Of a DNA stretch of 64,000 nt, positions 11,595-22,734 are shown one piece after another. The position numbers and the translations under genes are program-made. Under the pieces are notes generated by a model. The model did no database searches and was not told where the DNA came from. It saw only the letters and a program-made list of their open reading frames with translations. The stretch is from Nemertoderma westbladi (Eukaryota; Animalia; Xenacoelomorpha): positions 1 through 64,000 of the forward strand of contig JAUCBJ010006685.1 in assembly GCA_032718475.1 (NCBI GenBank), written 5' to 3'. Positions within the stretch are counted from its first letter, which is position 1, and every line of letters starts with the position of its first letter.

Positions 11595-12860
11595 CTAACG
11601 TACTACTATTACCCCCCCCCCCCCGCCCGTACGGCTACACCAGTTCTGGTTCTCTCGCCCGGTGTCTGTAAGTGGGGGCTCACTCTCTGATATCTCCAAC
11701 CGCGCCAGTTCTAGTCGGCGCCGATTCAGTTTGGCTTGATATTGTGTAAGCCTCTCTAGCTGGGCACGCAAATCATCCTGCACGCGCTTACTCTCTATCT
11801 CTCTCTCTCGCATATTCTGTTCTTCCAACTCTGACCATCTCGCAGTCATCTCCAACCGCCTCGCCGACTCGCTCTCTACTCCCATCTCCCGCTCTCTACA
11901 CTCCTCGGCTGCCTCTCTACACTCCTCGGCTCCCTCTCTACACCCCTCGGCTTCCTCTCTACACTCCCTCGCCCACTCTTCTTCTCCCTCCAACAATGCG
12001 GTTTTCTCTCTCAATTGCCACTCTAACTCATTCTGCTCATTCGCCACCGTTTCTAATTCACACGTCAGACCTATCTCCCGCACCCTTCTTTCTTTTGCGG
12101 AGGATGTAGCAGACTTATCGGTTGCGACGGACTCCCGTCGCCCCTCCGTCCCACCAACTTTCCCCCGCCTCCCGGAACTTCCTCCTACCGACGAGACCGA
12201 ATCCTCGGGTTTAACCTCGGATTCGCCCTCCTCAGGTCTCTTCCAACCCACTAATTTTACTCCCCGGGCATCGACTAAGTATGGCCCTACGTACACTACG
12301 CTAGGTTCCATACCCCTACACTCCCATACTTCAATCAGTTCGTTGGCAACTCCCCTCGCCCTCTCCTCGGCTAGTTCTCTCTGCCCAAAACGCATTAGGT
12401 AATCAAAGTATCTGCTCGACTCACCTAGTCCTCTTGTTAATCTCACCTTGTCTATCTTCGCCCTTCCTCTGGCCTCTCTCAGTTGCTTCCGGGTCGCGAG
12501 GTAGGCCCGTCGAAGTCGATCAGAAACCCCGACGTCCTCGTCGCCGACCTCTCCTCCGTCTCTCCGGGCCCGACGTCGTACCGGCGGCCCCACCGTCGCC
12601 GTTCCGGTGGGTCGTCCGTCGCCCTCGGCCTGTGGCTGGCCGGCGACATCGGTACGTCGACCCTCGCTCCGCGTCGACTCGTCTTTCTTCCTTCCCGTCT
12701 CGTCCTCTCGCTGTAGACGGCCCCCCTCGTCTCGGATCGCCGGATGGCCCGTTCTCGATGGGTTCGGCGTTGTGGGTGCATACCGTCTCGTCGCGGCCTC
12801 GCGGATCGTTAGATCGCCGTCCGGGGTCCGCGGCGGTGTCGTCTTTCTTGACTGACTCAT
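11595..12860 (-). CDS. Gag-like ORF of element A, N-terminal part (charged, coiled-coil-like, EAAEECRE repeats)
   Basis: ATG ~60 nt after the 5' LTR; homologous to 40602-42050 in element B; frame lost at a long C run near 11612-11624. Confidence 0.7.
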   Translation of the reverse strand: MSQSRKTTPPRTPDGDLTIREAATRRYAPTTPNPSRTGHPAIRDEGGRLQREDETGRKKDESTRSEGRRTDVAGQPQAEGDGRPTGTATVGPPVRRRARRDGGEVGDEDVGVSDRLRRAYLATRKQLREARGRAKIDKVRLTRGLGESSRYFDYLMRFGQRELAEERARGVANELIEVWECRGMEPSVVYVGPYLVDARGVKLVGWKRPEEGESEVKPEDSVSSVGGSSGRRGKVGGTEGRRESVATDKSATSSAKERRVREIGLTCELETVANEQNELEWQLREKTALLEGEEEWARECREEAEGCREGAEECREAAEECREREMGVESESARRLEMTARWSELEEQNMREREIESKRVQDDLRAQLERLTQYQAKLNRRRLELARLEISESEPPLTDTGRENQNWCSRTGGGGGVIVVR

Positions 12861-12921
12861 CTCCTTTGGTAATTGGTGGCTGATGGTTTGGCTAGCTAGG
12901 GCAGCGGTTGGTTTTAGTTAC

Positions 12922-13463
12922 TGTGACGGGATCCAGGAGGGATCCCGATTTATCCGGTATTTAGTTCACGCGTCCCCGCCGTGTATAAAGAGTGAATGAA
13001 AGTAAAATGAGTTCTGAAGTTCGGTGTATAATAATAAAGGTATAAGATATAGATATATTGTATAGTATATGGAAGGCGGGATACGGTAACTAAAAGTCCC
13101 GTGCTCCCCTATCTAAACTAATTAACCTATGCTAGCACTACTGCACTGAGATAACTGAATTACTGATATTGGGTTACTGGTTATATTGCACGGTTGGCCT
13201 AATTACTACCTAATCGATGCCTTGCCCCCCTCTGATTGGTTGATACCCTTGTTGGCACCCCGTGGAGTGTTCCCGTTCACTCCATCTGTTCTCTCTGGGT
13301 TAGGGGTTTGGCCCCTGACCCTTATTGTGTGTGTCTCCTTTGGGGCCTATTGTCCCCGTTTACTGGGCTGACACGAGGTTGATTGGTAATCAACCTCGTG
13401 CTCCCAATATTGCTTTATGGCTCACTCTATGGGTTTGTGTTAGCGGAATTGGATAAGCTAACA
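12922..13463 (-). repeat. 5' LTR of element A
   Basis: Starts tgttagc on the minus strand and ends ...ggatcccgtcaca; followed by non-tRNA PBS-position sequence gtaactaaaa. Confidence 0.95.
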
Positions 13464-16426
13464 CTACGCACGCCAAGCCCACCTGAAGCGATGGGGAGAG
13501 AGGCTTGAGACCAGGAAGAGTCGTCGAGCCGAATATTCAGCGTTGACTCAAGTGCAGCTCTAATTGAAGAGTCGAAGTCGGATAGAGATGGGGCAAGGAA
13601 GCAAGGGGAGCAACGCAGGATATACATTAGTTTGGGGATTGCGAAACAGTGGCGGAGCAGGTATAAAGCGTCATGAGAGGAAAGGAGTTGGAGGCGATTG
13701 GTGAAAGTTGCCAGTTCGGATGCTTTGTTCTGGAGAATGGACTCCATAGCTGGTTCACCGAGCGGAGCACCCAGAAGGGAGGCATCAACGAGGTCGATAC
13801 ATTTGATTCCAGGAGTGATCGCATCGAATATGGCGGCGGTCTCAGGTTTCCGATTTGGTGGAAAGTTGGTGGAAAAAATCAACTCACATTTCGATGCTTT
13901 AATCTGGAGGCCGAGTTTAGCAGCTTTGGAGATCACAGATTCAAGGTTAGAGGCAACAACGGAGGGGGTCCCTCCAAGGGACCCATCGTCTAAGAACCAG
14001 ACGTTGAGGGGAGTTTCGACACTCTCAACAATTTCATGGGTGTCAGAGCTGAAGAAAAGGTTGCCTAGAGGGTCACCCTGTTGAATTCCAACCTCCGAAG
14101 AAATGGTTGTGTCCTCATAGAAGAGGTGGGTGGGTTGCGAGTAAGCCTGGAAAGCGATGGGGTACAGGGGTGGAAGGTTCTGCAGGATTGAATGGAGGAC
14201 AGGCCCGCGATGAACGCTGTTGAAGGCGTTTTTGAAGTCAATTTTGACCATGATGGTTGGCTCAACGGACTCCTGAAGAAATCTCCGGGATGCATGAACA
14301 GCGGCCTCGCAGCCACGGGGTATTCCATGGCCTAGTTGGTGGGGGGCAAGTTTGAGTTGGGAGTTCTTAGAAGATTGATGGCAACCAGTCTTAGCAGATA
14401 GACGTCGAAGGGTACAACCTACTGCAATGGGACGGATTCCGCCGTTGACTTTGGTAAAGGCACATAGTCGGGCCCCATACAGAAAAGGGAGGATGGTTTC
14501 TGGAACTAATCCTTTGATTAGTAGGTTGGATATGCCGGTGATGCCTTTCAGAGCTCCCATGGCGGCATCGCCGGATTGGTGGGAGCAAAAGTCCTTAAGG
14601 AATTGAGGACGAAGTTTGTCGGGGCCGGCGGCAGAACCATTCGGAAACGATCGGATAGATTTCATGATTTCTGGAAGGGAGAACTCGATGAGAGGGATAT
14701 CAAGGACATCAAGCGAGGGGAGCTCCAGAAGGCATCCTGGAACGGCTGGAGGGTGAAGTGAAAGGAGGGCCTGGAGTGTTTCGGGAGTTGCGGGTGCAAT
14801 AGAGGTGGCCGAGGAGGCCAGGCGGGCGGCAGCCTTGACATTACCTTCTTCTATTTTGGAGGATATGAGATTGCCTAAGTGCTCATCACGGATTGCTTGG
14901 GAATCCGTCTTGAGTGGGCATCGTCTAGGAGGGGTGGGGAGGGCAATGGGTGAGGGGCCAAGGGCTAGATCGAGGTAGTCAGAGATTTGGTCTTTGACCT
15001 TAGAGGTAAGTGACTTTCCGACACGGCTGGGGTGGTTGGATTTGTTACAGCGTCTTTTCCGGGTGTTGCAAGATGGGACACGGAGACAATAGGGGAAGGC
15101 GAGTAGGTTGATCCAGTTTTTTACAGAATTGTCCTGGGTCACAGAAGTGCATAGGCGGGTGTAGGCTGATGCGGCGGATGAGCGGGCGCCACGCGGGATG
15201 CGGGTCAGGGTTTTAATCTTAGAGAGAGTGATGAACAGGTTTGTCAAATGTGCAGCATAATTGAACCCGGGTGCCTCACAAGGTGTTTGCGGCAGGGCTG
15301 GGTTGGGTGGCTCGCAGGAAGGCCCTGAGACAGGGGTTTGGTTGGAGGTGGGGCTGACCACCGGCTGATTGAGTAGTGGTAGAGAACCGGAACCGGGACA
15401 ATGGGAGCCATCCAGGGCCTTGTGTTTACGGAGGCCACCGTTGATTTTGGTGAGGCACAGCCTGCTGCACGAGCCGCATAAGGAACGGGGTAGATTGGCT
15501 TGACGTGGTTCAGTTGGAGCAGATTGAGAGTCTGACTGACTGAAGATGAGGGTTTGGGGGGATTCGGGTATTTCAGATCGACTTAGGTGGCCCGAAATAT
15601 TGGGTTGAGGTAAGACATGGAAGAAGGGAGGGGAGATAGGGGTGGATGCATGGTGGGTGGGAGGGGGGGGTGATGATGGTGCACAGGGTGCTTGTTTGGG
15701 GTCGACCAGAGGGGGAAGGTCGGGTTCGGGGAGCGTGATGGTGGAAGAACTGGGGCTTACTAGGGTGGAGTGACTAGCAACAAGGTCCCGCAGGTGGACC
15801 CGGAAAGAATTGATTGGTTCATCATTGTTATAGGGGGGTACAATACCGTCGAGACTCATTTTAAGAAAGCGACAGACGAAAACCCCACATTGGAAACCAT
15901 CGAACTGGAGTTTGGGAAGGGGTAAACCGATGCTAGTTGGGGGCGTTTGGATGCCGTGACGTGATGAAGTGGCTGTAACCCAGTGTTGGAGGGCAGCTAC
16001 ACACTGTCCATCAATTCCACCGAATGAGTCATAGTAATTGATGACCCCTGATTGGGGGGAGAAGGATGCCAAAGACCAATGATAGCCCCCCACGTTTATT
16101 GGGAAAAAAAGTACGTCATAGGAAAATGTGTCTGCCTGGGACCAGCGGCGGACCCTAGAGATCCCGTTGGGTGACATGAGGGTGTTAAAAAACTGGGTGC
16201 TGAAAACCTTTGCTTTACCGGGGTATTGGAGGCAGAAGAATTCAGAGATTGCCTCGATAATATTGTCATTCAGCCAGTTTTTGCCTGAGAGGGTGCTGAT
16301 GTCGGCTTCAGAGATGGAACGGCCAGCCAGGAGGAAAGATGGTTTATCTACAGATGGAGGGTCAAAGAGGAGGACGCTATCGGATATAAAATCGGAACTG
16401 AGATTGATTGTGGTGTTTGGATCCAT
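13464..16426 (-). CDS. N-terminal part of the CRE-type ORF: Ulp1/peptidase C48, zinc finger, reverse transcriptase
   Basis: WLNDNII, FFPINVGGYHWSL, YYDS, QFDGFQCGVFVC (His-Asp-Gln-Cys protease residues); CGSC...LRKH....HCPGSG; RT motifs SAAGPDKLRP, GGIRPIAVG, KIDFKNAFNSV, GIQQGDPLG, WFLDDG. Confidence 0.92.
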
Positions 16427-16744
16427 TAAACTTTTTTGAATCTCGAAATGATAACAATATTTGCAATAATTGGTAAGAAAATGTAACCGGAGTAGCCAAA
16501 TGGTGATACAGAAGTTGGCCCTATTAGCCTAATCGGGCGGTACAGCAATAAAATATGAAACAGCAACAAATGGGACGGCAAACGATAGGCAGTTACAGGT
16601 GAGGTGAGATAAATTGATGGTAGAAGGATGCTGGCGTATAGAAGAGATTGTAATGATAACAGTTATTGATTTGTAAATAGTGATCGCATTGAAGGGTGAT
16701 GCAGTCATATGCCATATGGGTGGTATTTAAACAGACTGAGAAGA

Positions 16745-16960
16745 GGGCGGTGCCCGAACGGAGAGGAGAGCGGTGCCTGAACTGAGGAGCGCGGTGCCCG
16801 AACTGAGAAGCGCGGTGCCCGAACTGAGGAGCGCGGTCCCGAACTGAGAAGCGCGGTGCCCGAACTGAGAAGCGCGGTGCCCGAACTGAGAAGCGCGGTG
16901 CCCGAACTGAGAAGCGCGGTGCCCGAACTGAGAAGCGCGGTGGCCGTACTGAGAAGTGCG
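16745..16960. repeat. 21-bp tandem repeat in the 5' UTR of the CRE-type element
   Basis: About 9-10 copies of gaactgagaagcgcggtgccc. Confidence 0.9.
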
Positions 16961-19243
16961 ATGCCCAAACGTCGGCCCCGGGGTGGGTACCAGTAACTAG
17001 GGTCACCGGCCACCACCCACAACTGGGCCCGGAACCTCGGTAGTCGTTGCACGAACCTTGAAACACGTACGGCGGCTTGGTGGACAGTAGTCTGACATTA
17101 GAATTAGCAGAAGGAGGTGAATTTAATCACCTACTTATGATTTTATTAGTTCAATCAAGACCATAAGTGATGTTTCTTTGTGAAGAAGCTTCTTCTTTAA
17201 TATTTTTCATAGATAATTAAATAACATATGACTTAAACAAATATGATTTATATCAAATCCATATTTATTATATAATTTTTTTTTCAAAATGAATCAATGA
17301 ATCATCAAATAGAAATTAAAGCTTTTTAGCTAGTAATTAAAACAAAATTTAATCTAAAAACTTAATCTGAAAATTTAGTCACACTTCTCTTATTCAAAAT
17401 TCTAGAATGCAATTTGGTCAATTGGTTTTTGTGACCTCTATGTGTATAAAAGTACCACGCCTCTATCTTACTCACTCAGCTTCACTCTCTAAATTTGCCA
17501 GACAATAAAAACTTCCAACTTTTTAAATTTTTTCTTTTCTTTCTTTCTTTCTTTCTATAATTATTTTTAATTTAACTAGAGAAAGGAGCAGGTTACAGTG
17601 GCACGTTAGTTATTTCAACCAAAACAATAAACTAAACACAATAGAACAGCGGTTACCGTTTTATTTTTGAGAGTAATCAGCTAATATTTGCGTCGAATTT
17701 CCCCTGGAATGAATTTTTATTGCGACCAGTTCCCCCCCAGCCCCCCCAGCCCCCCCCCCCCCCCCCCCCGAAAATATCAATAGAAAGCGGAGAGTCTTGC
17801 GCATCTTTTGACACTACAATTAATTAAATTCATGATGAGGAATATTTATAAAATACTGTTTGCAGCAGTATTTCTAGCAGCAATACTGCATTCCAAGCTG
17901 TATTTATTAGGCCTACGATAAGGCCTACAGATAAGATTTAAAATAACACTAAACTTGTAATACGGGTCAGCGGTATTGTATAATAGAGTAATAATTGGCA
18001 GTACCAGTAGGCAACTTGAATATTAAAAATGTGTACTGTTCACCGGTAAACCCTACGTAAAGAAGTAAAGCTGCACTACTCAGATACTACTGTACAATAG
18101 GCTGTATGCTGTTGTATTGTATTAATACAGTACTTTATATTTTTATTTATTAAATATTGGATGTGGTTTTAGGTAGGCTTACTGTAGGTCTATGCTGTGT
18201 GCCCTACTGTATATTGTATATATGTTTTAAAGTATATACTTGTGTTGTACTGTATGTGTGCTATAGCTCAGGTGCTGCAAAAACTAACGTCTTATTCAAA
18301 ACCAAATATCGGAAATCGATAGTTGATCTACCCTGTCTGGCAATTCAGCTGTCCCCCCAGGGGAGATAGAAATATAACTGGATAATAATATATAATATAT
18401 TGAGATTGTTTGAGGCGATTTGGGGAGTAATTGTGTCCAAATTTGAAGGATTGCATATGGCTGTATACTGTAGTTGTGTACCGGTGCCATGTGCAAGCTG
18501 TCAAGATTTAATATAATATATAGGGGGTGATGGCTGACAAAGTGTCACCGAATGAAGAAAGGTGAGGCACTGCAAAACCTTAATTAAATTTCTGTTGGAA
18601 CTCTTGATTATTGGCTAAGCTAATAATAATCCCCACCTGCAGAACCAAACTCCTGGAGATCTACTGTATCCCCCTAATTCAACTTCCTCCCCACTTAGGA
18701 ATGTTGGACATGAACCACAGTTGTATTCCTTTTGAGATGATGTTTCTTTCCACAAATGTTAATGAAATAAACATATGATATGATAGACAGCACACTTTCC
18801 CTTTACGCCCTTATAGACAAAATATTCAAATTCAATCTGTACAAATTATTCCGGGTGTCATTTTTTTTGCGCAATAATTTTTATTGTCCATTTTTATCCT
18901 TTTTTTGTCAATTTTTTTTGATTTTTTATGTCATCCAAAAGTCTAATGTTAGGTTCCATGCTACCGGTTTCTCTACTGCTGTTCTCTCAGGCTATTAGTA
19001 CCGGTTAGTATATATATAGCACTATTTTGCTGTATTGTATGTACAGATGTAGGTATAAAGCAGGTATTTCTGTATTTTAGTACCGGTACCGGCACTGGTA
19101 CTGCTATAGGCCTACTGTGTAGCCTACCATTTAAATACGGTAATGGTAGGCCTACCGGTTGTGCTAATAAATTTTAAATAATTGATAGGCGAAACTGGAT
19201 TGCCCGTATATATATCCCCGTATACGAGGGAATAGAAGTAGTT

Positions 19244-20488
19244 ATGGGTTTTGTAACCCAGCATCACCTTGCCATTAATATGTTCGGCCTAGAATTACCT
19301 GAACTATATGGTCTGCTGCAATTAGCCCTTGAACGTAGCTATTTTCATTTTGACGGGTCATTTTACACCCAGAAACACGGTATGGGTATGGGTGATAGAC
19401 TCGCAGGCCCTTTTTCCATAATCTACGTCCACGTTAAGGAGACTTTATATTTAAGTAATTACCACCTATCACCAAACTGTTGGTTCCGTTTTTACGACGA
19501 CGGTTGGTCCACCTGGTCCCACGGGGAGGAAGAACTCGATAATTTTTTAGATTACTTAAACACTTGCCATTCTACCATCAAATACACTTTGGAAAAAAGT
19601 TTTCATAGCATCCCTTTCCTCGACACCCTCACAACCATAAACAACACAGGACGCATTGATTTTGAACTGTATGTAAAACCCTCTAACGCTGGAATAACAC
19701 TCAATTTCTATAGTGCCCACCCTAAAACAACCATTCTTAATACAGCTAGGACAGCACTTAAACGCGCCATACGCCTTAGTACTACCCCAGCTGGGGAAGT
19801 ACGCAGCCTTGATAAGGTAAAAACAACTCTGGCCAGTAACGACTATCCACCGGAATTAATAAACAAATTAATCTCAGAAATCAAGCACCCACGCCCACGC
19901 ACACGCACACACCCACAAGCACCCCGTAGCACCATAAACCATATTATTCAACCACTTGTACTACCTTACATAAACGAGAATATATTAAGACAAGTTAAAC
20001 AAGCTATTCATAATTCACCTTTCGCACACAACACAAGGGTGGTGTCAACTACAGGCCCAAAACTCAGAAACATCCTAATTAAATCCAGACTCAACCCACC
20101 CCGATGCCCGGCGCCCCCTAACACCACATGTTACGCATGTACACATGGGGTCACTAACTGCACCGATAAGAATACCGTGTACCATGTCAAATGTACCAAC
20201 TGTACCGACGACTATATAGGTGAAACGTCCTCTCAGACAAGGGGACGCATAATGTCACACCGTAATGCCATACGCAAAAAGAACCAAGGTTCAGGTAAGA
20301 CTTCAGTCGGAGCACACTACGCTGACAAGCACCCCACACTAACAAGCACACAACACCCTTTCACCGCCAAAATACTACGACGATGTAAAGATTGGGCCGA
20401 CAGGAAACTAACCGAACGTGTACTCATCAATCGCCTCACACCTGCCATAAACGTACAGTACGCAAATGAGTTTGATACTGGTTGGTGA
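19244..20488 (+). CDS. Penelope-like RT and GIY-YIG endonuclease (partial)
   Basis: PLE RT motifs and GIY-YIG signature (VY...YIGET). The frame is open upstream to ~19212 (IPVYEGIEVV), where homology breaks. Confidence 0.88.
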   Translation: MGFVTQHHLAINMFGLELPELYGLLQLALERSYFHFDGSFYTQKHGMGMGDRLAGPFSIIYVHVKETLYLSNYHLSPNCWFRFYDDGWSTWSHGEEELDNFLDYLNTCHSTIKYTLEKSFHSIPFLDTLTTINNTGRIDFELYVKPSNAGITLNFYSAHPKTTILNTARTALKRAIRLSTTPAGEVRSLDKVKTTLASNDYPPELINKLISEIKHPRPRTRTHPQAPRSTINHIIQPLVLPYINENILRQVKQAIHNSPFAHNTRVVSTTGPKLRNILIKSRLNPPRCPAPPNTTCYACTHGVTNCTDKNTVYHVKCTNCTDDYIGETSSQTRGRIMSHRNAIRKKNQGSGKTSVGAHYADKHPTLTSTQHPFTAKILRRCKDWADRKLTERVLINRLTPAINVQYANEFDTGW

Positions 20489-20837
20489 TAATCTACAATA
20501 TGTTGGGGGGGGGGGGGGGGGTGGTAAATTAGTTTCGGTTTCCAAATTTGCTCTCCGCCAGAATTCCATTTACCTATTTCCAAAAGTAACCATCCTTAGT
20601 TCGGTGCATTTATTTATTTTTCAATTTAACCATCTTATTATTTTCCAATTTCAACTATCTTTATCATTCCGTTAACCTTTCTTCGTAATTAATTCTTGGT
20701 GCTTAAAGTTCTTTATATCAGTAATTAGACAACAGTCAGTATGTAGTATTTCCAGTACCGGTACTTAGTAGTTAGTCGACTGTATTGTTAGCATTTAGTC
20801 TGTAGTCTAGTGCAGTGTCTGTAAATATGCAAATTTA

Positions 20838-20875
20838 ATTACCTGAAGAAGCCCTGTTGGGAGAAAGCTTGTAAT
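20838..20875 (+). ncRNA. Minimal type I hammerhead ribozyme of the Penelope pseudo-LTR
   Basis: attac-CTGAAGA-a-gccc-tgtt-ggga-GAAA-gc-TT-gtaat: stem I attac/gtaat, stem II ccc/ggg, palindromic AAGCTT minimal stem III. Confidence 0.8.
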
Positions 20876-21081
20876 AACTGTTGTTATTCATTTCATAGTC
20901 ACCTGAGGTCAACCCGCCCCACCCCATCCGTTTTCAATATGATTGTGGAAAATGTGGATATACCTTTCACATAATTTAGGCCTTACTGTATTAGTTTTAT
21001 AATCAATAATGGATCATGACTACTGTCTGAGTAGTGTTACGGATAGCGGCTCCACTACTTCCAACAGCACAGAAGGCAGAA

Positions 21082-21660
21082 GTAACCTGCCCCTTTCCCT
21101 CAATTAGTTAAATGATCGTTTATTGTTTTGGTTAGAAAATCCCGTCTCTGTAACCTGCTCCTTTCCCTCAATTAGTTAAATGATCGTTTATTGTTTTGGT
21201 TAGAAAATCCCGTCTCTGTAACCTGCTCCTTTCCCTGATTTGGTAAAGTGACTGTTTATTGTTTTGGTTAGAAAATCCCGCCTCTGTAACCTGCTCCTTT
21301 CCCTCAATTAGTTTAAGTGATCGTTTATTGTTCTGGTTAGGAAATCCCGCCTCTGTAACCTGCTCCTTTCCCTCAATTGGTAATTTTATCGTTTATTGTT
21401 TTGGTTAGAAAATCCCGCCTCTGTAATCTGCTCCTTTCTCTCAATTGGTAATGTTATCGTTTATTGTTTTGGTTAGAAAATCCCGTCTCTGTAACCTGCT
21501 CCTTTCCCTCAATTAGTTAAATGATCGTTTATTGTTTTGGTTAGAAAATCCCGTCTCTGTAACCTGCTCCTTTCCCTGATTTGGTAAAGTGACTGTTTAT
21601 TGTTTTGGTTAGAAAACTCGGCCTTAACCTGCTCCTTTCCATCAATTGGTAATTGTTTTT
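21082..21660. repeat. ~63-bp tandem repeat (~9 copies)
   Basis: Unit cgtctctgtaacctgctcctttccctcaattagttaaatgatcgtttattgttttggttagaaaatcc; related single copies at ~17575-17632 (inverted) and ~25230-25295. Confidence 0.9.
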
Positions 21661-22734
21661 GGCTATAAAATGAGTGTTTTGCTACGTCATGTGGTAATCG
21701 ATTATCGACAACAACCACAAACTATTAAATATAGAGTCTTTTTACCACAGGCGCATATGGAAATCTATCTCATAGTCTATAAATCATGGAATCATGGAAT
21801 GTTTTGGCACAGGCATAGTGAAATCAACTGTCTGACAGTCCAAAAATCAGCAGTCTGACAGTTTGAAGAAATACATACATAAAAAGTGACAATAAAAGTC
21901 ATTAAATGGACAACAAAAGTCATTATGCATAATTCGTAAAAAAAAGTGACAAAAAAAGTCAAATAAATTGACATAAAAAATCACTGCCTTTTTTTTGTAA
22001 GGCCATCTTAATTCGCCCCTTATCTATTTTAATGCAGACGAAGCTTTAGTTTAGCAATTTTTGTACATTTTGCAATTACTGTATATTGCAATATAAGAAT
22101 TTTGTCGCAAAATTGAAACAATTATAGATTTTGTCTCCATAATGACTTTGTCTAAATAGGCATTTTCACCCCCCCCCCCCCCCCCCCTTAACAGTGGAAT
22201 TAAATATACTGTAATATAACAGTAGATTACTAACGTCACTCAATATACTACACAAAATATATATGTAATAAATGCAATATTAATAAATCTGCAATGGGTG
22301 GGTCTCCATATTCTACTACTGAGCCGTAAGAGCGAACCAAATAAAACTTAATAAATAATTGACGAGGTACCTAACTAATAAACACACACTTACAACTAAG
22401 CCTAACATTCCAACGTTGCATGTTGTATTCCATAATGCCATAGATGAGTGGATTTTGTAAATTTAATTATTGATTATTTATTAAGCGCGCGAACTGCAAC
22501 TGCTGGGATAAATTCTAATTATAAACTCATTGTACTCAATGTGTATGTACTGAAGTATAGTGTTCAGCTCTGGTTAACAGAAACCATGAATGGATATGGA
22601 TGGATGAATTCTTGGAAGGAAAGATATAGTTTAAGAAAGCCTCATTACTTTATTTTTAAAATTTATTATAGGTAGGGGAGAATGAATGGTTTCATATTAT
22701 TATAACTTTTGTTGGGCACAGCTTAAAGTCGCCA

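Larger units (their letters stand above)
6319..13463 (-). mobile_element. Non-autonomous BEL/Pao-like LTR retrotransposon, copy A (gag-like coding only; no RT, RNase H or integrase)
   Basis: 542-bp LTRs (6319-6860, 12922-13463) with TG...CA ends; 5-bp TSD ctacg (6314-6318, 13464-13468); PPT tgggggggag next to the 3' LTR (6861-6870, minus); BEL-type gag zinc knuckles CQLH....H....C / LCHRC...GH....C. Confidence 0.92.
5217..17100 (-). mobile_element. CRE-type RLE non-LTR retrotransposon with Ulp1 protease, interrupted by LTR element A; 5' boundary approximate
   Basis: Single ORF (Ulp1-ZnF-RT-CCHC-RLE) split at 6319-13463; short 3' UTR ending in a (TTA)n tail at ~5217-5233; GC-rich 5' UTR with 21-bp tandem repeats. 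Confidence 0.88.
19212..20935 (+). mobile_element. 5'-truncated Penelope-like element (RT C-terminal half, GIY-YIG endonuclease, 3' pseudo-LTR region); ends approximate
   Basis: ORF 19244-20488 with QKHGMGMG..LAG, WFRFYDDG, IPFLD, LYVKP, CxxC linker and NTVYHVKC..C.DDYIGET...R...H; hammerhead motif ~350 bp downstream. Confidence 0.9.

Noticed and set aside
19244-20935. Selenoprotein-type (Naiad-like) recoding in the Penelope element
   Set aside because: No in-frame TGA in the retained ORF and no SECIS that I could identify.
21009-21085. Short MDHDYC... peptide with a DHxY motif seen in THAP-type transposon proteins
   Set aside because: Too short, with no supporting domain or splice structure.
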